Below are positions 27,030 through 35,513 of a stretch of 64,000 nucleotides of DNA, piece by piece. The notes beneath the pieces were generated by a model. That model was not told where the DNA came from. It was given only the letters and a program-made list of their open reading frames with translations, and made no database searches. Source of the DNA: Candidatus Latescibacterota bacterium (lineage in GTDB: Bacteria > Latescibacterota > UBA2968); assembly GCA_965207885.1 (NCBI GenBank), contig OZ242311.1:5248001-5312000 (forward strand), given 5' to 3'. How positions within the stretch are numbered: position 1 is the stretch's first letter; each line of letters starts with the position of its first letter. The translations under genes and the position numbers were made by a program.

Positions 27030-29600
27030 ATGATTGATTATTTAAAAAAAATAAAAAATCGAACATACGAAATTCTCGAAGTCGCTGGTCCTTGCGACTT
27101 GTTCAGCCGGCGAATCAACTGGGCAATACTCGTTCTTGTGCTCTTTAATACGGGTGTTCAATGCCTCGATATCTGGTGGCCGAAAACCCTTGTAGAGTAT
27201 CTGCAGCGGTTCGAGTGGTGGCCGGGTAACGACATTCTACATTTTTATTTTCTCTATTATTCTTACTGGTTCGAATGGCTTTTTATTGGTTTGCTAATTG
27301 TCGAATATCTGGCGCGTATGTGGTGCGTCCATGCGGCTGGGGGAACACACCTTGCCACGCGGTTGCGTTTTGGACTTCATCTACTACAGATCGCCGATCT
27401 CATCGTCATTCTGAATTTTTTCTTTTCCATCGTATTATTCGATCTGCGGTTTCTGCGCCTGTTGCGCTGCCCGCGATTGATCGATCTCATTCGTTTCACC
27501 TATAACTACGCCGATCCTCCAGAGGGGGTTACAGGCTACAGGGCAGCCATTGGAAACATCCGACGCCAACTATCTGAGGTGCGCCAGGCAGTGCGTGTAG
27601 AGCAGGAGAAAGACATACAATCCGTCCGCCAGCACACGGAATCTACAGTTAGACAGTTGCGAAGGATACAACAAGATGTATCGATTCAACTGCGCCGTCG
27701 TCCTCAGGATCTGAAAGAGTCACTTCCTCAGACACGCGAAACCGTGCAAGACATTTTCGACTCGCTTCGTGCGGATTTGAGTAATCCCAATAATCTGTCC
27801 GAGGTGGAGGTATTAAATCAGGTCGCATTCCAAAATTCCTCCTCTGTTTTTGACAATCTGCCGGAAAAGGTCAGTTATGTACACGATCTGAATTGGAAAA
27901 ATCGAATAAGCTACCGGGTCGTCCCCCTGCGTCAGATTGGCTCTGCCCATTTCAGCGGTCTGGAAAACAAGGCCGATACTGCGTATCAGCAATTTGAAAA
28001 AATCCGCATTGAAGGATCGCTCGAAGGCGTGGACAGCGTGTTCGGTACGTTCAGGTACGCGATCAACACAGTTGAGAATGGCCTGTCGCAGGGAGATGAT
28101 GTACTGTCGCCCGATGTTCAGATGGGGTTCAATCGCGCGATCAATCGATTGCGGGACCTCAACGACTATACCCGAATGGCATGGGAGTCGCTGCTTTGGG
28201 AACTCGAATGCGAGCACCAGGAACGGTTGGAACTGATCGGTCAGGACGCTGACCGTTATGGTCGGATTGCGTTCTATCTTGCAAAACTCGGACGATTCGG
28301 GCGTCAGATTACTTCGACCGCCTTGAGAGCGTGCAGACAGGGATTGCTGCGCCTGTTGTCATTTCTCCGGGCACAGGCAGTCGTGCTATTCAATGCCGCT
28401 TCTGGCATTATCAAACCCGTGTTGCGCCGCCTGGATTTGATAGCACCGGTCGAACGCGAAGTCCGTCTGGCACTCGACAAAGCCAATCTGGAGTCGATCA
28501 AACATCTCGGGCTGCCGGAAGATTACATGGCTCATTTCGCTTTCGATTCTTTGAATGACGAGGCATTATTTATCGGATTTGACGAAGAGTTGGCTACTAT
28601 TGAACAGGCGATTCAGCGCTGGGAAGATGGTCTTACGTCTTCCTTCATCTTATTCGGACAACGGGGTGCGGGCAAAACGACATTGTTGAATATTGCTGTC
28701 TCGCGATTATTCGACGACGCTTCGGTCGTAACCCTGTCCGCAATTGAGTGCAAGATGACGACCGCGCCTGAACTGGTGTCCTATCTGGCAAATGTTCTTG
28801 AGATAGAAGGTGCGGCGAGCTTTGACGACCTATCTATAAAATTGTTGCAAGGACCACGACGCGCTGTGATACTCGAAGGGTGCCACAACCTTTTTTTCAA
28901 ATGTATCGGTGGTCTGGATGCAATCCAGCACCTGCTCTGGCTCATCGCGCGTACCAACCACCACATACTCTGGGGCATTTGTCTCGACCAGCATGCACGC
29001 GGCTATCTCGGTCTATGGCTCTCCCTGAATCGCCTATTTCACTTTGAGATCGGGATTCAGAGTTGGCTACCAGCAGAGTTGCAAATGCTTCTGATGCAGC
29101 GTCACAATCAGAGTGGCTATCGCCTGCGTTACGCGATAGATAAGGAATTGGAAAAAACCGTGCGTCGGCGCGTGCATCGCTGGCGCCGGCCAGAAGAGCC
29201 GGCTGTTCAGGATGTGCTGTCTCAGATCTATTTCAAGCGTCTGGCAGAGATTAGCCAGGAAAACATATTTGTCGCCCTTCTGTATTGGTTGCGGTCGCTT
29301 GAGCTTTCGGAAAGCGACCTCCTTATGGTTAATCCCGTCAGTGAGATTGACCTTGGAATTGTGCGCAATTTCTCGCTTGATCAGGCATTTATTCTGATCG
29401 CGGTATTGCAGCACGACAATCTTACCGCCGCCGAACTATCATCAATACTCGATAAAGACCTCATCCAGACCAGACTGGAACTCGAGATTCTGTGGAACGA
29501 CAATATTCTCGAATTCGATCAGGAATCGACGCGTTTCCGCATTAATCCCATTGGTTTGAAAGCCGTAGAAGAAATGCTGGAAGGGCGCGGTCTCTTGTAA
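27030..29600 (+). CDS. Ion_trans (S1-S4)-like membrane domain fused to a coiled-coil region and a P-loop NTPase
   Basis: N-terminal TMs with VEYLARMW, IADL and Arg-periodic DLRFLRLLRCPRLIDLIRF; Walker A GQRGAGKTT, Walker B-like AVILEGCH; C-terminal wHTH-like region. Confidence 0.75.
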   Translation: MIDYLKKIKNRTYEILEVAGPCDLFSRRINWAILVLVLFNTGVQCLDIWWPKTLVEYLQRFEWWPGNDILHFYFLYYSYWFEWLFIGLLIVEYLARMWCVHAAGGTHLATRLRFGLHLLQIADLIVILNFFFSIVLFDLRFLRLLRCPRLIDLIRFTYNYADPPEGVTGYRAAIGNIRRQLSEVRQAVRVEQEKDIQSVRQHTESTVRQLRRIQQDVSIQLRRRPQDLKESLPQTRETVQDIFDSLRADLSNPNNLSEVEVLNQVAFQNSSSVFDNLPEKVSYVHDLNWKNRISYRVVPLRQIGSAHFSGLENKADTAYQQFEKIRIEGSLEGVDSVFGTFRYAINTVENGLSQGDDVLSPDVQMGFNRAINRLRDLNDYTRMAWESLLWELECEHQERLELIGQDADRYGRIAFYLAKLGRFGRQITSTALRACRQGLLRLLSFLRAQAVVLFNAASGIIKPVLRRLDLIAPVEREVRLALDKANLESIKHLGLPEDYMAHFAFDSLNDEALFIGFDEELATIEQAIQRWEDGLTSSFILFGQRGAGKTTLLNIAVSRLFDDASVVTLSAIECKMTTAPELVSYLANVLEIEGAASFDDLSIKLLQGPRRAVILEGCHNLFFKCIGGLDAIQHLLWLIARTNHHILWGICLDQHARGYLGLWLSLNRLFHFEIGIQSWLPAELQMLLMQRHNQSGYRLRYAIDKELEKTVRRRVHRWRRPEEPAVQDVLSQIYFKRLAEISQENIFVALLYWLRSLELSESDLLMVNPVSEIDLGIVRNFSLDQAFILIAVLQHDNLTAAELSSILDKDLIQTRLELEILWNDNILEFDQESTRFRINPIGLKAVEEMLEGRGLL

Positions 29601-29623
29601 TCTAAAACAGGAATCAGAGCATA

Positions 29624-30460
29624 ATGGATACTTCACCTCTCGAACAACTCACGGGAAGCGGTGGCTTACACATTAACGCCGCCAAAATATTGTCTGTCCT
29701 CCTGGTGATTGCGATAGCTTATGCGGTGACAACAATTATTCGTCTCGCGTTGGATTTCGGAGCCAACCGATTTCCTTCACATCGCTTGCTATTCAAGCGC
29801 GTTCAGCCACTGTTGCGTATCGGTATTTACGGGGTTGCGATTTATTATTCTATCGTTATTATTGCACCCGAACAAAATACCCTGCTCGCCCTGCTGGGAT
29901 CAATCGCTCTGGCACTTGGACTTGCCGCGAAAGATCTACTCAATGATCTTATTGGCGGTATTGTCGTGCTGTTTGACCGATCTTTTCAAATCGGCGATCG
30001 CGTGACAGTAGGCTCTTATTACGGCGAAGTCGTGTCGATTGGTCTGCGTAGCACAAAGCTACAGACGATCGATGATTCACTCGTCACCGTGCCGAATTCC
30101 ACATTGCTGACCTCTGGCGTATCGAATACCAATGCCGGGAACCTCGACTGCCAGGTTGTTGTAGATATATACCTGCCAGCACGGGCTGATTTGAAGGAGA
30201 TTGAAGATGTGGCTCACGAGGCTGTGTTGACATCCATGCTCGCATATCTTAAAAAACCAGTGGTGGTCAATGTTAAGGACAAATTTGAAGAGACGCACCT
30301 GACACATCTCGTGGTGAAAGCGTACGTATTTGACACGCGCTATGAGAACAGTTTCGCCACTGATCTTACCAGTCGTATTAAAAAGGAATTGTCCAGACGC
30401 AAGCTCATACCGTCTGATGTGCGTTTTACGGATGTTGTTGATGAGCCAGCGCATGATTGA
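29624..30460 (+). CDS. MscS-family mechanosensitive channel
   Basis: ALGLAAKDLLNDLIGG, FQIGDRV, IGLRST, VTVPNS. Confidence 0.92.
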   Translation: MDTSPLEQLTGSGGLHINAAKILSVLLVIAIAYAVTTIIRLALDFGANRFPSHRLLFKRVQPLLRIGIYGVAIYYSIVIIAPEQNTLLALLGSIALALGLAAKDLLNDLIGGIVVLFDRSFQIGDRVTVGSYYGEVVSIGLRSTKLQTIDDSLVTVPNSTLLTSGVSNTNAGNLDCQVVVDIYLPARADLKEIEDVAHEAVLTSMLAYLKKPVVVNVKDKFEETHLTHLVVKAYVFDTRYENSFATDLTSRIKKELSRRKLIPSDVRFTDVVDEPAHD

Positions 30461-32451
30461 AAAGGTGGCCTGCATTGGAAAATCTTTTTTTTAAATTGCG
30501 ATCGCGAACTACTGACCCATTTGCGCGAATAAAAAATTATCTAAAATTTCGCGTTGAGCGATTGTTGTTGCTGGGCGTCCACTTTCACCTGCTGGTTATT
30601 GCTTCGGTAATCGGGCTGGTCGCCATTGGAGGTGGTTTGCTGGTGCAGGAAACGGACGCGCCTTTTGATGATCACGAAACAGCCATCTGGTGGGCATTTT
30701 TGCGGTTGACTGATCCGGGTTATTTGGGAGATGACGAAGGGCTTGCCCGCCGCGTGATTTCAACGGTGGTAACGGTGCTTGGGTACGTGCTTTTTATGGG
30801 GTCGTTGATCGCGATCATGACGCAGTGGCTCAATCAGACGATTCGCAATTTTGAGCGCGGGCTTACGCCCATTGTGCGTCGCAATCACATTTTGATTTTG
30901 GGATGGACCAATCGCACTTCTGAAATTGTCAGCGAGTTGATGCGCGCCGAAGGTCGTGTGCGCCGGTTTTTACAACTGCTCGGTGTGCGGCGCGGATTAC
31001 ACGTGGTAATTCTTTCCGAAGACGTGAGCCTGGAGCGCACGATGGAATTGCGGAGGGCACTGGGTTCTCTGTGGAATCCCAAGAAGATTACTTTTCGGTC
31101 GGGGATACCTCTGCGGATAGAACATCTGGAGCGCGTGGATTTCAAAAATGCGAGTGCCATTATTTTGCCCGGTGCAGATTTTGCTTATGGCAGTGCGGAT
31201 GAATCGGATATGCGCATTATAAAAACACTGATGTCGATATCGAATCAGGGCAAAAGAGGAGGTGGGACAGGAGATCTACCTTTGCTGGTGACAGAAATTT
31301 TCGATTCCGACAAAGTGTTTATGGCACAAAGAGCCTATAGAGGTATTTTAGAAATTTTGGCGAGCGATGTTTTTATTACGCGATGTATGGCGCAAAATGT
31401 GCGTCATCCGGGATTGTCACATGTGTTCCACGAGATTTTGTCGCACGGGCTTGGCAATGAGGTCTATATTCACACCTCCAAACAGTTTACGGGGTCTCGT
31501 TTTGGCGATCTATCAGGTGCGTATCCCAAAGCGATTTTGCTGGGCATAGTGCGTCCCCAGGGTGAGTCATTTTGCCCCCTGCTCAATCCACCCGAGGATC
31601 TGATTTTGGAATCAGAAGACCGGCTGGTCTTTTTGGCAGAAAATTACCGGGACTGTGAACCACTGAGAAATTATCAGTTAGAACGCGTATCGCGTAAATT
31701 TCAAGAGGTGTCTTATGCGAGGGAAAAAAGCAAACGACGCATCTTAATTTTGGGATGGAATCACAAAGCAGTAGATTTGCTCAAAGAGTTCGGCAGGCAG
31801 ATTGATGAACAGTTTGAGGTCGCGGTTTTGGCTCTTGTACCTACGGCGCAAAGAGAAGCAGAGATAAAACAAAAAGACATTGATCTGCGCCGCGTGGTTG
31901 TCACCCATCGCGAAGGTGAGACCACTTCGCTATCAAATTTAAGAGAAATGGAGCCAGATAGGTATGACAATGTGGTGATTTTAGGCAGTGATTGGGTAAA
32001 TACACAGGAAGAGTCGGATGCGCGGACGATTGTGGTACATCTGGTGCTGAGAAATGTGCTGGATGAGGGTACGCATAAACCAGAAATTCTGGTCGATTTG
32101 CTGGATTCCGACAATGTGGCGATGTTTGAAGATTACGATAGCGAGGTATTGATTACGCCCCTGATTGCAAGCCATGTGCTGGCACAGGTTGCGTTGCGTC
32201 GAGAGATCAATGTCGTTTATGAAGAGTTGTTTGCCGCTGGCGGTGCAGAGATTTGCTTTCGCCGGGTTTCAGATTACGGCATAGCAGGTCAAAATGTGAA
32301 TTTTGGAGAACTCCAGGAGATGTCGGCATGTCGGGACGAAATCGCGCTGGGTATTCGTCAAAACGGCGGGGTTGTGCTCAATCCGACGCCTGATGAGCCA
32401 TATATACTGAGTGAATTGGATGATCTTATTGTATTGATTCGGGAGAATTAA
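30457..32451 (+). CDS. CASTOR/POLLUX (DMI1)-like ion channel with two RCK domains
   Basis: Pore WWAFLRLTDPGYLGDD; two NHILILGW/RRILILGW RCK starts; SDART; ELFAAGGAEI; LNP motifs. Confidence 0.85.
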   Translation: MKRWPALENLFFKLRSRTTDPFARIKNYLKFRVERLLLLGVHFHLLVIASVIGLVAIGGGLLVQETDAPFDDHETAIWWAFLRLTDPGYLGDDEGLARRVISTVVTVLGYVLFMGSLIAIMTQWLNQTIRNFERGLTPIVRRNHILILGWTNRTSEIVSELMRAEGRVRRFLQLLGVRRGLHVVILSEDVSLERTMELRRALGSLWNPKKITFRSGIPLRIEHLERVDFKNASAIILPGADFAYGSADESDMRIIKTLMSISNQGKRGGGTGDLPLLVTEIFDSDKVFMAQRAYRGILEILASDVFITRCMAQNVRHPGLSHVFHEILSHGLGNEVYIHTSKQFTGSRFGDLSGAYPKAILLGIVRPQGESFCPLLNPPEDLILESEDRLVFLAENYRDCEPLRNYQLERVSRKFQEVSYAREKSKRRILILGWNHKAVDLLKEFGRQIDEQFEVAVLALVPTAQREAEIKQKDIDLRRVVVTHREGETTSLSNLREMEPDRYDNVVILGSDWVNTQEESDARTIVVHLVLRNVLDEGTHKPEILVDLLDSDNVAMFEDYDSEVLITPLIASHVLAQVALRREINVVYEELFAAGGAEICFRRVSDYGIAGQNVNFGELQEMSACRDEIALGIRQNGGVVLNPTPDEPYILSELDDLIVLIREN

Positions 32452-32453
32452 GT

Positions 32454-33344
32454 ATGAATCCCTGGGATAATTTACGCACGGTAATTGAGGAACCACTCGT
32501 CTCTTTCGGCGAAATAGAAATAACACCAGCTACTTTGCTGATTGCTACGCTGATCATCCTCATTGCGTATGCGATATCGCGGTTGTTGCAGCGGATGTTG
32601 CGGCGCAATGTGTTTGAACAGATACACCTGCATAAAGGTTCGCAGTCGGCTATTTGTCGTCTATTGCACATTATTATCATGTGCATCGGCGTATTTATCG
32701 CCATAGAATATACCGGGATTAATCTGACGACATTGGCGGCGGTTAGTGCGGTATTGTTGGTGGGGATTGGTCTGGGGTTGCAAACTATTACCCACAATTT
32801 TATCAGCGGACTCATTATGTTATTTGAGCGCCCCGTGCAGGAGGGAGATTTTGTCGAGGTGGGCGGCGTGCAAGGTAGTGTGCAGGCGGTCAATGCATAT
32901 AGCACGAAAGTCGAGACCCTGGATAATGTGACGATTATTGTGCCCAATTCAAAATTTCTATCTGAAAATGTCACAAACTGGAGTTTTCAAGAGTCAAAAG
33001 TGCGTATTCACGTGTTGGTGAGGGTGTCTTACGGTGCCGATGTGGAACTGGTCGCAGAGACACTACTGGAAGTGGGGCGGGCGCATCCAGAGGTTTTGTC
33101 CGATCCCGAGCCGCAGATGCAGTTTCTGGGGTTTGGCGATAGTTCGCTGACCTTTGATTTGCTGGTTTGGATGGAGGATCCTACCCGCCAGTATTTTGTG
33201 ATAAGCGATTTGAATTTTGCAATCGTCCGGGCATTTCGAGAGCGGAATATTACGATTCCATTCCCACAGCGAGATTTGCATGTGCGAAGTGCCGTGCCAA
33301 TGAGTGTGGCTGCACACTCGGATGGTAATGCGGAAAAAGAATAG
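32454..33344 (+). CDS. MscS-family mechanosensitive channel
   Basis: GIGLGLQ...NFISGLIMLFERPV..GD, IIVPNSK, VTNWS, GFGDSSL.F, IPFPQRD. Confidence 0.95.
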   Translation: MNPWDNLRTVIEEPLVSFGEIEITPATLLIATLIILIAYAISRLLQRMLRRNVFEQIHLHKGSQSAICRLLHIIIMCIGVFIAIEYTGINLTTLAAVSAVLLVGIGLGLQTITHNFISGLIMLFERPVQEGDFVEVGGVQGSVQAVNAYSTKVETLDNVTIIVPNSKFLSENVTNWSFQESKVRIHVLVRVSYGADVELVAETLLEVGRAHPEVLSDPEPQMQFLGFGDSSLTFDLLVWMEDPTRQYFVISDLNFAIVRAFRERNITIPFPQRDLHVRSAVPMSVAAHSDGNAEKE

Positions 33345-33345
33345 G

Positions 33346-33534
33346 TCAATACGTAACCTGATGTCTATCTCTCGTAATCAATCGATACCCCAGATACACC
33401 AGCATCACGGGGATTGCGACCTTCAATGCAAAAATCAAAATACTAAAAATCGTTCCAATGAGAGCCATCAGCAAGCAAAATGCAACAAACCCACCGACGA
33501 CCAGCAAGGCGATGCCGAATAATTTTGCCAACAT
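33346..33534 (-). CDS. small membrane protein co-transcribed with pspA
   Basis: 62 aa, two TMs, starts 2 nt after the pspA stop, RBS GGAGG. Confidence 0.75.
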   Translation of the reverse strand: MLAKLFGIALLVVGGFVAFCLLMALIGTIFSILIFALKVAIPVMLVYLGYRLITRDRHQVTY

Positions 33535-33536
33535 AA

Positions 33537-34208
33537 TTACTTCCCCTCCTCAGATTCACTATTCTGTTCTGCACTTTGTTTTATCTTCTCCTTCAACACC
33601 TGCATCTCCGCCTCGACGCGCTGCTTTCGCTCCAGTTGATCAAACTCCTCTTCCAACTGAGCATCGCCCGCCATCTCGGCATAGATCTCAGCAGTCGCTT
33701 CCTCGCGCGCCACATCCCGAACGAACCGATCATAAGCCTCTACACGCGCATCTTGTCGCATCTCCTGCACCACCACCTGTCTGCGAATCGCCAGCGTGCT
33801 TTGTCGCGCGCGGGCAGACGCCAACTTCGCCTTCAGTTCAGCGAGTCGCTGCTTCAGCGTCGCTGTCACCTCTTCTGCTTCCCCCCGCGCTTTTTGCAGT
33901 GTATCGACCGCTTCATCAACTGCCACCTTCTGAAACAGCGCTTTCCGCGCCAGTTCCTCCTCACCGGCATCCACAGCATCCTCTGCCTTGCGCGCCCACA
34001 AAGCCGACTCTTCCCGCTTCTGTGCAATCCGACGCGCCAGCAACTTCTCACTGGCCATCGCCTGTGCCACAGCAACCACCGCATCATCCAGCGCGTCCTC
34101 CATATCCCGAACCATTTGCCGCACCATCTTCTTTGGATCCTCTATCTTATTCAGAACATCGTCAACCTCAGCGCGGACCACATTGCTTATTCTTGAAAAA
34201 GTACCCAT
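33537..34208 (-). CDS. pspA: PspA/IM30 family protein
   Basis: MGTFSRISNVVRA..DDVLNKIEDPKKM; W..KA..A...GEEELARKAL; coiled coil. Confidence 0.92.
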   Translation of the reverse strand: MGTFSRISNVVRAEVDDVLNKIEDPKKMVRQMVRDMEDALDDAVVAVAQAMASEKLLARRIAQKREESALWARKAEDAVDAGEEELARKALFQKVAVDEAVDTLQKARGEAEEVTATLKQRLAELKAKLASARARQSTLAIRRQVVVQEMRQDARVEAYDRFVRDVAREEATAEIYAEMAGDAQLEEEFDQLERKQRVEAEMQVLKEKIKQSAEQNSESEEGK

Positions 34209-34260
34209 GCTATATCTCCTTTTAGTTTTTGGTTATCGATCATATGCACATCTACCTATC

Positions 34261-34276
34261 TGCAATATCTGTGCCA
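34261..34276 (-). promoter_or_regulatory. sigma-54 promoter of pspA
   Basis: Minus strand TGGCACAGATATTGCA; pspA is sigma-54 dependent in enterobacteria. Confidence 0.85.
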
Positions 34277-34408
34277 AAACATCTTTCAGATTCTATCTTG
34301 TTGTTTTTTATATAAATAAAGATTTTAAGACACAAAAAAATCGCCTGATATTGGTGATAAAGACCAATGCAGGCGGTTAAATACACCGATAAAGGCGGTA
34401 ATCAAAAT

Positions 34409-34443
34409 AAAAAAGGCTGCGATCTTTCGACCGCAGCCTTTTG
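34409..34443 (-). terminator. intrinsic terminator after the PorV-like gene
   Basis: AAAAAAGGCTGCG..CGCAGCCTTTT, with A/T runs on both sides. Confidence 0.8.
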
Positions 34444-34466
34444 TGTATCTGGTGGGAGAGCTTCAC

Positions 34467-35483
34467 TTAGAAGCCGACGCCAACAGAGACGCGAATGGGA
34501 TATTCATCAAGTGCCTCAGCCCTTGAATACGAAACATCCACACCCACACTCTGGTCGCCCAACTTCTGGCGCAAGCCTGCACCCACTGTCCACGATTCGG
34601 AATCATAACCGATCTTGTAACCACCACGCAACGCCAGCATGTTCTGAACCCATGCTTCCGCGCCAAAGTGATAACGGTTGATCGAATCCGTGAAGAACAT
34701 CTGTTCAACTGCTATCGTGAGCGACAGCGGATCGCCCAGATTCCCATAGACTTCAGCAGCACCCGACAGATTGAACACCATCGGGAAACGCGCTTTCTGA
34801 CCAATCACGTCCTGGTCGCCGCCCAGGTTGCGCATCGACATACCCAGACGCGTGGAATAGAAACCTGTGTAAAAGAGCGTACCAAAATCTATGTCATAAG
34901 ACGAATACGACTGCAAATCCAGATCTTCCTGGACCCAGCGCAGATTACCACCCACACTCAACTTATCCGTCACCTGCTTGGCAATGGTCAACCCAACAGC
35001 CATATCGCCCGCTGTGGCCATACGTCCCGTGCCACCAGGTTGAGAAGAGGTGGTCTCTTCAAACTCATCTGTGGTAAAATACGCAAAGTTGACTGCAAAG
35101 GTCGCCACATTCGTCTTGGCACCAATGGCAAACGTGCCCATTGAGGACCCCACAATCCACTTGAGATAAGAAGCTGTCAGCGCATAACGCTCGATCTGTG
35201 TTGCACCAGCGGGATTGTAAAAGACCGCCGACAGATCATTGCCAACAGACGTATACGCATCGCCCATACCTGCTGAGCGCGCATTGCCCGTCAGCTTCAA
35301 GAAACCATAAGACGTCGTCGTCACACGCGCATACTTAATCAGATCCGTTTCAGGGGGGACGCGCGTCCTATCTACTGGAAAAGGTCCTAATGAAGCCTGG
35401 GTCGGCCGCTCTTCCTGAGCCTGTGCATACATCGGCAGGGCAAGGACAACAGCCAGACCGAAAAGCAGAGCTTTCTTCAACAT
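34467..35483 (-). CDS. PorV/PorQ-family outer-membrane barrel
   Basis: FLKLTGNARSAGMGDAY, AVFYNPAG, LALRGGY, terminal VSVGVGF. Confidence 0.85.
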   Translation of the reverse strand: MLKKALLFGLAVVLALPMYAQAQEERPTQASLGPFPVDRTRVPPETDLIKYARVTTTSYGFLKLTGNARSAGMGDAYTSVGNDLSAVFYNPAGATQIERYALTASYLKWIVGSSMGTFAIGAKTNVATFAVNFAYFTTDEFEETTSSQPGGTGRMATAGDMAVGLTIAKQVTDKLSVGGNLRWVQEDLDLQSYSSYDIDFGTLFYTGFYSTRLGMSMRNLGGDQDVIGQKARFPMVFNLSGAAEVYGNLGDPLSLTIAVEQMFFTDSINRYHFGAEAWVQNMLALRGGYKIGYDSESWTVGAGLRQKLGDQSVGVDVSYSRAEALDEYPIRVSVGVGF

Positions 35484-35513
35484 TGTCTTTCTCCTTTCTA
35501 TTGGCCTTGCGCC

